From Octopus bimaculoides (Eukaryota): a DNA stretch of 64,000 nt. Below the pieces are notes generated by a model. It made no database searches and had not been told where the DNA came from. It saw only the letters and a list, made by a program, of their open reading frames with translations. The position numbers and the translations under genes were made by a program. Location of the stretch: positions 43,003,936 through 43,067,935 of the forward strand of contig NC_068994.1 in assembly GCF_001194135.2 (NCBI RefSeq), read 5' to 3'. Below are positions 25,582 to 37,150 of the stretch, one piece after another (position 1 is the stretch's first letter; each line of letters starts with the position of its first letter).

Positions 25582-26634
25582 NNNNNNNNNNNNNNNNNNN
25601 NNNNNNNNNNNNNNNNNNNNNNNNNNNNNNNNNNNNNNNNNNNNNNNNNNNNNNNNNNNNNNNNNNNNNNNNNNNNNNNNNNNNNNNNNNNNNNNNNNNN
25701 NNNNNNNNNNNNNNNNNNNNNNNNNNNNNNNNNNNNNNNNNNNNNNNNNNNNNNNNNNNNNNNNNNNNNNNNNNNNNNNNNNNNNNNNNNNNNNNNNNNN
25801 NNNNNNNNNNNNNNNNNNNNNNNNNNNNNNNNNNNNNNNNNNNNNNNNNNNNNNNNNNNNNNNNNNNNNNNNNNNNNNNNNNNNNNNNNNNNNNNNNNNN
25901 NNNNNNNNNNNNNNNNNNNNNNNNNNNNNNNNNNNNNNNNNNNNNNNNNNNNNNNNNNNNNNNNNNNNNNNNNNNNNNNNNNNNNNNNNNNNNNNNNNNN
26001 NNNNNNNNNNNNNNNNNNNNNNNNNNNNNNNNNNNNNNNNNNNNNNNNNNNNNNNNNNNNNNNNNNNNNNNNNNNNNNNNNNNNNNNNNNNNNNNNNNNN
26101 NNNNNNNNNNNNNNNNNNNNNNNNNNNNNNNNNNNNNNNNNNNNNNNNNNNNNNCACACATACATATACATATATAAATTCTTTCTTTCTGCTTAACTTG
26201 ATTAACAGTGAATTTGAAATATATATCATTGCAGTAACTAGTGATACTGGCTTCAGGCACTTTCTACCACTTATCTCCCTATTATGTTGTTTTTGGAAAA
26301 ATCATTAAAATACACCCCTGGATGCTGGCAGACTAATTTAATTGTTATCTTTTCACTGCTTCTTCTATTCTACATTAGTCTTCAGAGATTTACTGCTATA
26401 TACAGCAATCCAATTCTACAAGGCAATGAAGCATGTTCGCTGATATATATTCATGCCAATCCACATGTGCAAAGTGATATAGACATACCGTGCAAATCTT
26501 TTAGTTCATGCTATTTCATTTTAAACATTTATAAATGATTGTATGTATGTATGTATGTTCATACATAGTTATTAAAGCTTAAATAGCAATACACGTATAT
26601 GTATGTATGTATCTATCTATCTATCTATCTATCG

Positions 26635-26682
<48 letters not shown>

Positions 26683-26805
26683 GTCTGCCTGTCTGTCTAT
26701 TTATTTGTCTGTCTGTCTGTCTATCTATGTATTTCTCAATCAATTGACCATTCTATCTGTCTGTTTATGTATCTAACTATCTGTGTATCTATCACACACA
26801 CACAA

Positions 26806-26965
26806 ATGCAGGCATAGCTGCATGGTAAGAAGTGTTTTTCCCTAGCACATGGTTACACGTTCAGTCCCATTACATGACATATTGGGCGAGTGTCTTCTAC
26901 TTTATCTTCAGGCAGGCCAAAACTGTAGTAGCTTATTTGGTAGACAGAAACTGAAAGAAGCCTGT
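26806..26965 (+). mobile_element. SINE family C head fragment
   Basis: GCAGGCATAGCTG...TTCAGTCCC...GGGCGAGTGTCTTCTAC...AAACTGAAAGAAGCC. Confidence 0.75.
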
Positions 26966-27152
26966 CTTTTCTCTTTCCATTATTTTTCGTTCTCTCTCTG
27001 TTTTTTCCCTTCTCAATCCCTTCTGTCAAAGAGCGTAGGTGCAAAAGCATCAAGGACTTTTCCATTCTTCCGAAGCATTAAATTAATACACCTGATTGTT
27101 GTTCCTTCACCTGTCTTCATTTTTTGTTTTCTGTAAATTTGAGCTATATATA

Positions 27153-27445
27153 TGTATCATCATCATCATTTAATGTTTGCCTTCCATCCTAGCATGGGTG
27201 GGATGGTTTCACAAGAGTCGGCCAGGCAGAAGCCTGTTCCAGACTTCTGTGACTATTTTGGCAGGATTTTTACAGCTGGATGCCCTTCCAAACACCAATC
27301 ACTCAGCAGAGTAGACTTTGTGCTTTTTATGTGGCACGAGCACAGGCAAGGTCAGTTTTGGCAAGGTTTTTACAGCCGGATGCCCTTCCAAATGCCAACC
27401 ACTTTACAGTGTGGACTGGATGCTTTTAAGCGGTACCTGTATTGA
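27153..27445 (-). mobile_element. RTE-LINE 3' tail copy with internal duplication
   Basis: GGCA(A)GG(A/T)TTTTTACAGC(T/C)GGATGCCCTTCCAAA occurs twice (~27260, ~27360). Confidence 0.75.
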
Positions 27446-27875
27446 CAGTGTCACCAAGTATGTATGTCATTATTCAGTTTTATTTCAAGATTTCATATCA
27501 ATAGAGAAAGAGTTGGTTTCTAATCTGGATCCAAAGCCCCTTCATTGGAATTTCAACATCAATGACAGGGTATTTTTGTATGTATGCATGTATATGTGCA
27601 GATCCCTTTTTTTTATATATGTGTTCTCATGCATATACTTGCATATCTAGACATGCTCATATATACTTAACTGATAAACTTCAGCAAAGTTTCACTGATT
27701 TTTACAATTCCAGTGATGGATTGGATCCATAGTCTTCAAATTAGCTTTCTCCTTTCTGGTTTTGAGAAGCCTAATTTCTCAAGATAGATATCTAGGCAGT
27801 GTGTTACATATCCCAGTGTGTTACATATCCTAGTACCCCAATAATTACAGGTATAAATCTGAACTTGTAATCTGC

Positions 27876-27906
<31 letters not shown>

Positions 27907-29689
27907 TGTATGTATGTGTATATGTATGTATATGTATGTGTATCTTCATGTTTGTGTTTGTCCTCTACAGCTGGTGTTAGTGCGTTTACATCCCCGTAAC
28001 TTAGCTGTTCAGCAAAAGAGTCCAATAGAATAAGTACCAGGCCTAAGAGAAAAGTAAGCACTAGGGTTGATTTGTTCGACTAAAGTCCTTTACATGGTGC
28101 TCCACCATGGCCAACACTACTACCACTTTAACAGCTACTACCATTCTTCATGTATTATATGTGCATTTATTCACATGCTTATCCTCTATTCCTCGTCTTC
28201 TATTGTCACTAGGACCACATTACATCTGGTCAACATTCTTTTTCTCTCTATCTGTATTTCTGTCTATCTATCCCTCTGTTTCTCTGTCTCTCTCTTTAGC
28301 TAACCATTTCATATTATAACATATGTACACTAGCATGATTAATATTGTAGATAATAAAGAGTAATAATAATAAAGAAACCCATTGTCTTAAAGAATAGTT
28401 TTTATTTCTAATTAAATAAAATAAGCCTCCTCATATACTGTTGTTTAACCCAAGGTCAGGCCTGATTAAGCAGACCTATAATAAAAAGCAGTCCAACCAT
28501 AACTATCTCTTCTTATGTGTATCTAGAACTATATTGTTCAAGATATCTTTCTTTCTTTTCATGACAGTAGATTATGTTTTGAGGGAGATTATGTTGATGT
28601 CATTTCTTGCAGCCCAAGCAGCAGCCACTAAGAGATTCTCTTTGTCAGCTTAAGTTTCCTCAAATCCTATGATATAGTAATGGAGAAGGTTTAGAACAGT
28701 TTCAGAATGTTCTCATAGGTACTTGAGTTTTCTATCATGTTTCATGTATATATTTTATGCTTAAAGACAGTGAAAACCTTCTTAAATGAATGCCATCACT
28801 TATCTATCTAAACTCTTATCTGATGTAACCCATCACCAAGTGGAATATTATCTATTATAGGAGACCTGTTATCTTTCTGATAACACAAACTTTGACCTTT
28901 GAAGAATCTCCAGGCTGTTTTTACTTCATGTATTTCTCACTGCTATAGTTGTAGACATTACATCAAAGAATTCTATAAGCATCAACTCATCATAATCAGC
29001 TATGAAATCTTCATTCCAATTGAGTGAATCAAATCTAGAAATGAAATATTGCATTAGCATAATTCCATTTTTTTTTTTCATCTTAACCACCTGCCACAAA
29101 TGTTAGATGGAATGATATCTATAGACTATTCCATTGACTGTAAATGGATGAGCAAAAAATAAATATACAAATAATAAAATTATATAAAATATTAAATATC
29201 GGTGTCTTGAATATTGAATGAAAAAGTGTCACTAAATGTCATAGCAATTAAATCTTTAAATAAGCATTCTAAAGATGTCAGTACCAAAATATATGAAATT
29301 ATAATCATTTTGCAAGGAACCAAAAGTATAAATGGATATACCCCTTTAGGTGTGTTTTTACTGAAGAGAGATAAATGGTATTTGAATATATTAGAGATGG
29401 TAATGTTAAAAAATATAAGGACTTTAAAAAATGATAAGAGATAGAGCATGCCATTAGATACATCATGATAAAATTATATTGACTGCCATATTTCTGCATT
29501 GGATTATTTATCTTTTTGTAGTTGCATATAACTATAGAATAAAGTGCAGAATTGTTCCATAGCCATAGAATCAAGTACAGAGTCAACAGAAAAGTTATAT
29601 TATCCACTTGTTTTTTTTAAATATTTTTTACTGATGCTACCTGAACTTTGCAGAAGAGTCAGGTAAAGAAAATTTACGCCCTTAATGGT

Positions 29690-30045
29690 GATTGATGAAA
29701 CATCAGCACTCTGTTAGACCCCTGGAAGGACATAATTCTCAGCCACGAGATACAGGTGTGAGCAGGATTGCCCAGTACCTTCTTACAGCAAGGATACACT
29801 AGGCTGTTACCTAGGGATCCTACAAGTCTAGTGGTCTGCTTTGCCTTGCTGTCAATGGATCTATAATAAAGGGCTTAAAACATTGATTTGTACAAGGGCC
29901 TACAATGCTGCTGAGATGGCCCAGGAATTGCCAAGTTTGGAAGATGTCCTCATCAGGAATGTCATCTGAAAGACTGCTCAAGCAGATACTGTACTCGTGA
30001 CTATCTGAAAAGCAAAGACAACATGGCCAGCCTCATCTAAGCTAT
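29690..30045 (+). mobile_element. Highly decayed RTE/BovB-like ORF fragment
   Basis: Remnants RILQV*W and MSSERLLKQILYS*LSEKQRQHGQP resemble the RTE motifs RILxIxW and RMPxxRLPKQxLYGEL..GKRxxGxP. Confidence 0.55.
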
Positions 30046-30053
30046 TAGGTTAG

Positions 30054-30362
30054 TCATCATCATCATCATCATCATCGTTTAACGTCCGCTTTCCATGCTA
30101 GCATGGGTTGGACGATTTGACTGAGGACTGGTGAAACCGGATGGCAACACCAGGCTCCAGTCTGATTTGGCAGAGTTTCTACAGCTGGATGCCCTTCCTA
30201 ATGCCAACCACTCAGAGAGTGTAGTGGGTGCTTTTACGTGTCACCCGCACGAAAACGGCCACGCTCGAAATGGTGTCTTTTATGTGCCACCCGCACAAGC
30301 CAGTCCAGGGGCACTGGCAACGATCTCGCTCGAAAATCCTACAGGAGCCAGTCAGGCGGTAC
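30054..30362 (-). mobile_element. RTE-LINE 3' UTR/tail copy (young)
   Basis: (CAT)n-CGTTTAACGTCCGCTTTCCATGCTAGCATGGG...CAGCTGGATGCCCTTCC. Confidence 0.85.
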
Positions 30363-30782
30363 AGAAATATGAAACAATGAGTGATAATCTTGATATAGAT
30401 ATACAAAACTCATTAAAGAGATGCATGCCTAGAGAATGGCAGTTATAAAAGTATGAAGACAGTTACGATTATGAGTAATTAACAACAACAAAAGAGGGAG
30501 AGAAAGTAAAGGAATACCAGACAATATATCATTCTCACTGGGAACATATATCATAATTTTTTTTTGCACTTATTTAAAAGAAATAAGAATAACATTTTTA
30601 TGTATTGCAGAAAGTTAGAAAATATTCTTCATTAAAAAAGTATGAAACTTACATATTAAATTATGTCAGCTCCAAAATGTTTGTGTACATGTTCTAATTT
30701 GGCCCAAATTCTATATGTAATAAAAATTTCACATATTTACACACTCACATATATAAGTACATTGGTCATTATTATTATTATA

Positions 30783-30852
<70 letters not shown>

Positions 30853-30894
30853 GCACATCTAACAACACAACAACAGAATTGATATCCTAAAACC

Positions 30895-31125
30895 AAAATG
30901 CCATGTAAAAAAAGCATTGGTGTGGGAGCAGGTGCCACGTAAAAAGCACTGGTGATGAGGCTCTGTAGAAAGCAACCAGCACACTCCGGCATTAGGAAGG
31001 GCACCCAGCTGTAGAAACTAAGCCAAAACTGACTGTGGAACTTAGTGGATCCCCTGGCCTGCCAGTCCCTGGCAAGCTATCTAACCAATTCTGGCATGGA
31101 AAATAGATGCTAAATGATGATGAAG
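30895..31125 (+). mobile_element. RTE-LINE 3' tail copy
   Basis: GGCATTAGGAAGGGCACCCAGCTGTAGAAAC...GGCATGGAAAATAGATGCTAAATGATGATG. Confidence 0.75.
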
Positions 31126-32066
31126 ATATCTAATACAATATATAAGCCATTTATTGTGGTTTGCCTTTTAAACAAGAGTTAAATGCTTAAAAACAATTTG
31201 TAGTCTTCATTAACAAATAGTTAATATTTCCTTAGGGATGCCTAGTGTTTAGAATATAATTTTACCAATGTTTTATACATAAGCAATTACATGGTAAAAG
31301 AGACGTTTTAGTCATTCAAGTACACACAAAAACTATTAACTTCATTTCCTTTTTATATTTTAATGGAATATCTGCTATAAAATGTCAAAAAATTTGTCAC
31401 ATTTATGAGATTCTGTCACTGATACAATTCGTCTATGTTATAAACATATCACTGACCAGGCTTTAGAAGGTTGATAGATCCCCCCCCCCAATTCATAATA
31501 GAAAATCTTATTAAAAATGAATGAAGGTAAACATAAAAGGCTTAAAGTGTGTTCTTAGATAGCTGAAATAGCTTTTCCCCAATGTAGTTGCTTCAGTTTC
31601 AGCCCAAGGTGTAAAATAAAATCACTGGAAGTGCAACTTTGAAATGGTAAGTAAGATTGCAAAGAATGATCATCAGAGATTTTTACCAGTGTGTTGTTCA
31701 TGCATATGGGAAGGGGCACAGTGCAAGACTTTCATCAGTATGAGCAATGATTGTGTTTGTATACTATCAAAAAAGTACTCTGCACATCACCGCCTTGTCA
31801 TATTCTTGTAAATTTTCAAGTTCCTTTCCATAGTAGTAGCACATGAGGTGTGAAGATTGCTTTAAGACACACACACACATTTATATATAAATATGTATGT
31901 AAGTATGTATGTATGTATGTATGTATATACGTATGTTATATATATACATGTGCATGTGTATACATAACTGTTGCTGACCCCTTAATTATGTTTATATATG
32001 TGTTTATGTGTATATATATATATACATGCATATATGTATATATATATATATGTATGTATATATGTA

Positions 32067-32098
<32 letters not shown>

Positions 32099-32110
32099 CG
32101 TACATACATA

Positions 32111-32996
32111 CAGGATGCAGTGAATATATTGTCGTCTAAATTAAGTAAAAAGGAAAATATCACTGACATCTCATTTTAAAAGATATATTTACCAAAATTA
32201 CATAAAAATATCTTGAAATAACAAAGAGTGAATTTATTCAATAAAATCACCATTGGCTTCAACCTCGGCTTCCAGATGACTTTGAAATATCCTGCAACTC
32301 TTCTAGATGGTCTCCTTGTTTATTGTGATGAATGCTGCCATAATCCTTGCCTTCAGTTCATCTTTAGTGTTACAAGTTTTGCTGGTCTCTCGCTCAACTG
32401 CACCTCACACATAATAATCAAGGGGGTTGCAGTCTGGTGAGTTAGGTGGCCAGATGTGAGGAGTGATGTGGTTGCAGAAATTGTCTGACAGCCGTGACTG
32501 GATTCTCCTGCTTGTGTGGCATGGAGCAGAGTCCTGTTGCCAGATATAAGGTCTTCCAGCAGACACTTTTTTAATCCAGCGCAGTACTGCCTCCCCCCCA
32601 GGCATTTGATGTGGGCCTCTATGTTGAGTCTGAGGCCATGTAGGAAGAGGAATAGAGACTTAACGTTGCTATCACTGTAATCACTCCAAACCTTGTGGTG
32701 TTGATTGGATATTTGATTTCTATCACTCTTGGTAATGTCTTGTGGACATGGCAAGCCAACGGTTGTTCTATGTGTCCACCATCTGTTCGTATTGGAGCTT
32801 CCAGCATGAATGCCAAGCAGTACAGCATGTCATTTCCAAATTTCTGGCAAAATGAAATGCGTCATAGTGTTGTTTATCTCACAGATGGTGTCCAACTGAC
32901 CTTACTATACTGTGTAGTTGACAAAATCAAAAATAAACAATGTGCATGCGTGAAATTAGAAATATAAAATATCAACAATTTACCCATCACACCCTG
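32111..32996 (-). mobile_element. Tc1/mariner DD37D (maT-type) transposon, internally deleted and decayed
   Basis: TA flanks at 32109-10 and 32997-98. Imperfect ~24-bp TIRs (CAGGATGCAGTGAATATATTGTCG vs CAGGGTGTGATGGGTAAATTGTTG, 16/24). Transposase remnants WQQDSAPCH...WPPNSPDCNPLDYY have 37 aa between D2 and D3; the C-terminus is ...EANGDFIE*. Confidence 0.92.
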
Positions 32997-33371
32997 TATA
33001 TATGTATGCATGTATGTATATTGGTTAAAAAAGCAATAGTGTATACATGTGAATGTATGTGTATGAGTGTGTGGGTGTGAAGTTGTATATGACAAAGTTA
33101 TAGGTGCACAAAATAAAGAGAATAAGATACATATGTGTACTCTGATGAGCACTAGCATTCGTAGAAATTTGTGAGGAAAGCCTCTAGAGTACAGTCTTTG
33201 AAAGACCAGACAGACTGCAAAAATTCTGACCGAAGAGATGATTAGACAATAATCAGTTGAATTTGGTATGAATTTCTGATCCTAGACATGGTTAAAGGTT
33301 TTGCTGATGCTAAAGGCCACTGGTACATGGTACAGGGGAACAAACGTCCAGTAGATCAACTCCATGGAAAT

Positions 33372-33584
33372 AATCCTTTCTACAACAGGCACAAGGCCTG
33401 GAATTTGGGGGTAAGTTGATTATGTAAACCCCCAGTGCTCGACTGGTACTTATTTTATTGGCTCCAAAAGGATGAAAGGCATAGCTGACCTCGGCAGAAT
33501 TTGAATTCAGAATGTAGTGACAGACAAAATGCTGCTAACCATTTAGCCTGGCATGCTAACAACTCTGCCCGCTCACAGCCTTGT
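33372..33584 (-). mobile_element. SINE family B, full-length with TSD
   Basis: Reverse complement of the family B body. 11-bp TSD TCCATGGAAAT at 33361-33371 and 33585-33595. Confidence 0.9.
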
Positions 33585-34898
33585 TCCATGGAAATGATAA
33601 TGGCAATCATTACAAAGTGAAAGTGACTCAACATAATAAAGGTAAGAGGTTTTTTTCATGCCAGTTCCTAGTGATTTTTTAAATATTGTTGTTCTAATTG
33701 TCCATCTCTAGGTCAGTCCTAACTGCACAAACCTTCCATGTTCAAATACATTCCAGCAATACTGATATGCAAGCAGAGGTGTTTGCTTATAGACTTCTAT
33801 ATAAAACCTGTCTGACCATGGAAACAGGTGAGAGTTGGTGACAAGAAGGGCATCCAGCCATAAACATCTTCCTCCAAAAATTTTGTCTGAGCCATGCAAG
33901 CATGGAAAGGTGGACATAAAATGATTGTGCTGATAATGATTATAAATATGTACATATATATATTCATTTATACACACACACACATATATAATATATATNN
34001 NNNNNNNNNNNNNNNNNNNNNNNNNNNNNNNNNNNNNNNNNNNNNNNNNNNNNNNNNNNNNNNNNNNNNNNNNNNNNNNNNNNNNNNNNNNNNNNNNNNN
34101 NNNNNNNNNNNNNNNNNNNNNNNNNNNNNNNNNNNNNNNNNNNNNNNNGGATTATTCATAACACACATGTGGACATTAAGGATAAATACGTATTCACATT
34201 CAGCTGTATATTTTTGAAAGTGTTGGTTGAATATCGGTTATGCGATGACGCTTGATCGTGTACATATTTTATTCTATCACTCTCAAATTTATATCTCGAA
34301 ATGCTGCACTGAAGATGGGAAATAAGTAAATAAATATTACTTTACTTTAATCTTGAAACACGTATGTAGCTAATCTAAGTCATGTGGTTTCATTATTTTT
34401 TTCCTTTTGCCTACGTAAAACAGTGTGTTACTGTCTGGGAGATCTTTATGGTAGCAGAAAAGGCATTTTAACTCCTATTTCTAAATTTGGTGCGTGGTGA
34501 AGCAATTAGCTGACCCCTGGTTATAATTATGTTTATAATTATAGAATATTTGCATAAATTCATATATATATATATATATATAAATATATATGCATATCTA
34601 TGTATGGATACATATATGTATATGCACACATATACACACACACACATATATGCACTGCACACACACACATGTATGCACGCACAGTACATATACCCCATGA
34701 TGGATATAATAAATGTGATTGAAAACATGTTGCTCAAAAGCTTATCACCAAAAGACATTGATAGAATGACAGATTGAAATTTAATGTTTACTAATTTCTA
34801 ACAGTAAATTCAAATGTTAAAATTATAAGAACAAATTACATTTTAAAAGAAATATATATTCATTTCATTTTGCATGCACGTACATGTGTAGATGTATA

Positions 34899-34956
<58 letters not shown>

Positions 34957-37150
34957 TGTGTGTGTGTGAGTGCATGTGTGCATGAACATTGTGGCATCCC
35001 ATGATCTTAAATACTTTTACTTTTTTGTTTTTATTTATTTTAGTTATTTGACTGTGACCATGCTGGTGCAAACCAACTTGAAGAATTTAGTCAATCAAAT
35101 CAAACCCAGGATTAGTCTATCCCATCCCCCTCTGACTTTTAGTTCATGCAATTGAGAAAACTGCATTATTTATGGGATGACCCAATACATACAGATATAT
35201 ATATATATGTGTATGTATGTATGTATGTATGTAAGTATTTATGTATGTATGCATCTATGTATGTATGCATGTATGTATGTTTATATGTATGTATGCATGT
35301 ATGTATGTATGTATGTATGTATGTATGTATGTATGTATGTATGCATGTATGTATACTCCCACACACGCATACATTATTGATAACTCTTTCGATATAGGCC
35401 AATGACATATTCAAGAAGCAATAATGGATATTTAAAACTATGAGATTGCAGTGACATCTTAGAAGACAATGACTGGCCTATATTCATGTTACTTACAACC
35501 TCCAACAAAATGCTTTCAGTCTATGTTATATGGATTAACATGACACACACACACAAGCATGTGTGTGTGTGTGTGTATACATATACATATATATGTATGT
35601 GTGTGTACATGTATGTATGTATGTATGTATGTGTATATATATATATATATATAAAATCAGTTAAGACTCATTAGAGCAGGCAACTGCTACTACTATAGGT
35701 AATCTAAGAAATTTTTAAATAACATCAGTTGAAACAAGAGACAAAAATCTATTTACTGTCTCTAAGACATCTACCATCCTGATTATTGATTACTTTGTAT
35801 AAATGGTGTCTAAAGTAGATTCATTAATTCTTTACCTATTTCGGGATATTGTAACTTGAAATATTGACACAGGTGAATCAAATAATTATGTTTTTCAAAG
35901 ATCTATTGTAGGACAGGCAAGCAGATTTGATTATCTTTGAATAAGTTTGTTATTCTGGTTTGCTATATGACTAATAGTTTCATCGTAGAAAGTAGTTATC
36001 AAAGGTAGTTACAGACTTTTGTGAAAGAGATAAGAATTTTTAGTTGATGTTGAATAATTTCAGCACAGTAGTAAAGTAGGAGAAGCAAAAGAATTTCAGT
36101 ATTTGTTGTAATGTTAATATGCTTTACTTCCTATGCTTTCTTGATGTATGACCAGACATAAGGACAAAATTGCAAACCTCCATTATTTTACATGCTTGTA
36201 GTCATTTAAACAGAATAAATTTGTTCCTATAGTGATGACCAAGTAATGAAATCCTGGTCGTGTATTCATTAGCAGCATCTCTCAAACTGTTCAGCTGTGA
36301 AGTTGCTGAGATTTGCTTGCCCCAAACCAAATTTAATGCCTGCAGATGTATAGAACTAACAAGCTAAAATCGAAGTAAAGTACCTTGTAGATCATTTGAA
36401 TATATTTAGACTGGAATATTAATAGTGCAACAAGTCTAAAGCAATCCAAGAGTTGAATTAAATAGGATTATATTTGCAATGAGTTAGGATGTCTATTTTT
36501 AGAATACTCTGAAGAAAACCAAATAAACCATTTTAAAATAATGTAAGATAGAATATGCATTAATTAGAGACAGACAAAAAGGAAAGAAAACAAGCACACT
36601 GAGAGGATCTGAATTACATATCTATTACTGCTGTCTAATTGGCTCTTATAACATCTGATATCATTTTATGTTGAACATCTTATTCGTTAGTTCCTTCATA
36701 GTACTGCTTTTTTTTTTTAAACAAATATGAATTGAAGGTGTCTTATGAATAGAACACTTTAAAGTGTCACACAAATCAAGCACATGAAATGAATTCTGAA
36801 TCACATCATCTTTAGTAGAAATGTACTCCATTCTTACTTCCTATATTGACTTTGGGGGACATATCAGCCTCTAATCTTCACAATCATTGAATGGAATAAA
36901 CCCAGCCCTTTTACAACACTTTATAATCACCTCCTCACCCAACAAAAAACAAAAAAAAATTAATCAATAAATTTAAATCTCAACTAAAAGGAAAGAATTA
37001 GCATATTTAAAGGTAATATGTCTAAAGTCCCTATAGATATATATTTAAATTATCAAATCAGAAATTATGCTTGAAATTAAATTCTCTACATTGTGAAAAT
37101 TTTCAAAAATGAAATCTCAAAATACTTAATATTAAAATATGGTTAATTGA

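Noticed and set aside
27013-27120. 35-aa minus ORF MKTGEGTTIRCINLMLRKNGKVLDAFAP..., loosely like ribosomal protein S23 ([21 protein letters not shown])
   Set aside because: Similarity is limited to ~20 aa with no flanking homology, poly-A tail or TSD, so it is likely coincidental. A TBLASTN/BLASTX search would settle it.
28640-29060. Minus-strand remnant FDSLNWNEDF...IRKITG, reminiscent of a CR1/L2 linker
   Set aside because: Too degraded to assign by eye.
29930-29965. Minus-strand CTGATGAGGA...TCC-AAAC
   Set aside because: It lacks G12, the triplet and stem I, and is better explained as the antisense of the decayed RTE ORF.
33136-33193. Hammerhead-like motif TGTACTC/GAGTACA flanking CTGATGAG...GAAA...GAGG-AAAG-CCTC-TA
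   Set aside because: C3 would have to double as a stem I base, stem II does not close, and 5 extra nt interrupt stem III. At least three indels are needed, so it is not distinguishable from chance.
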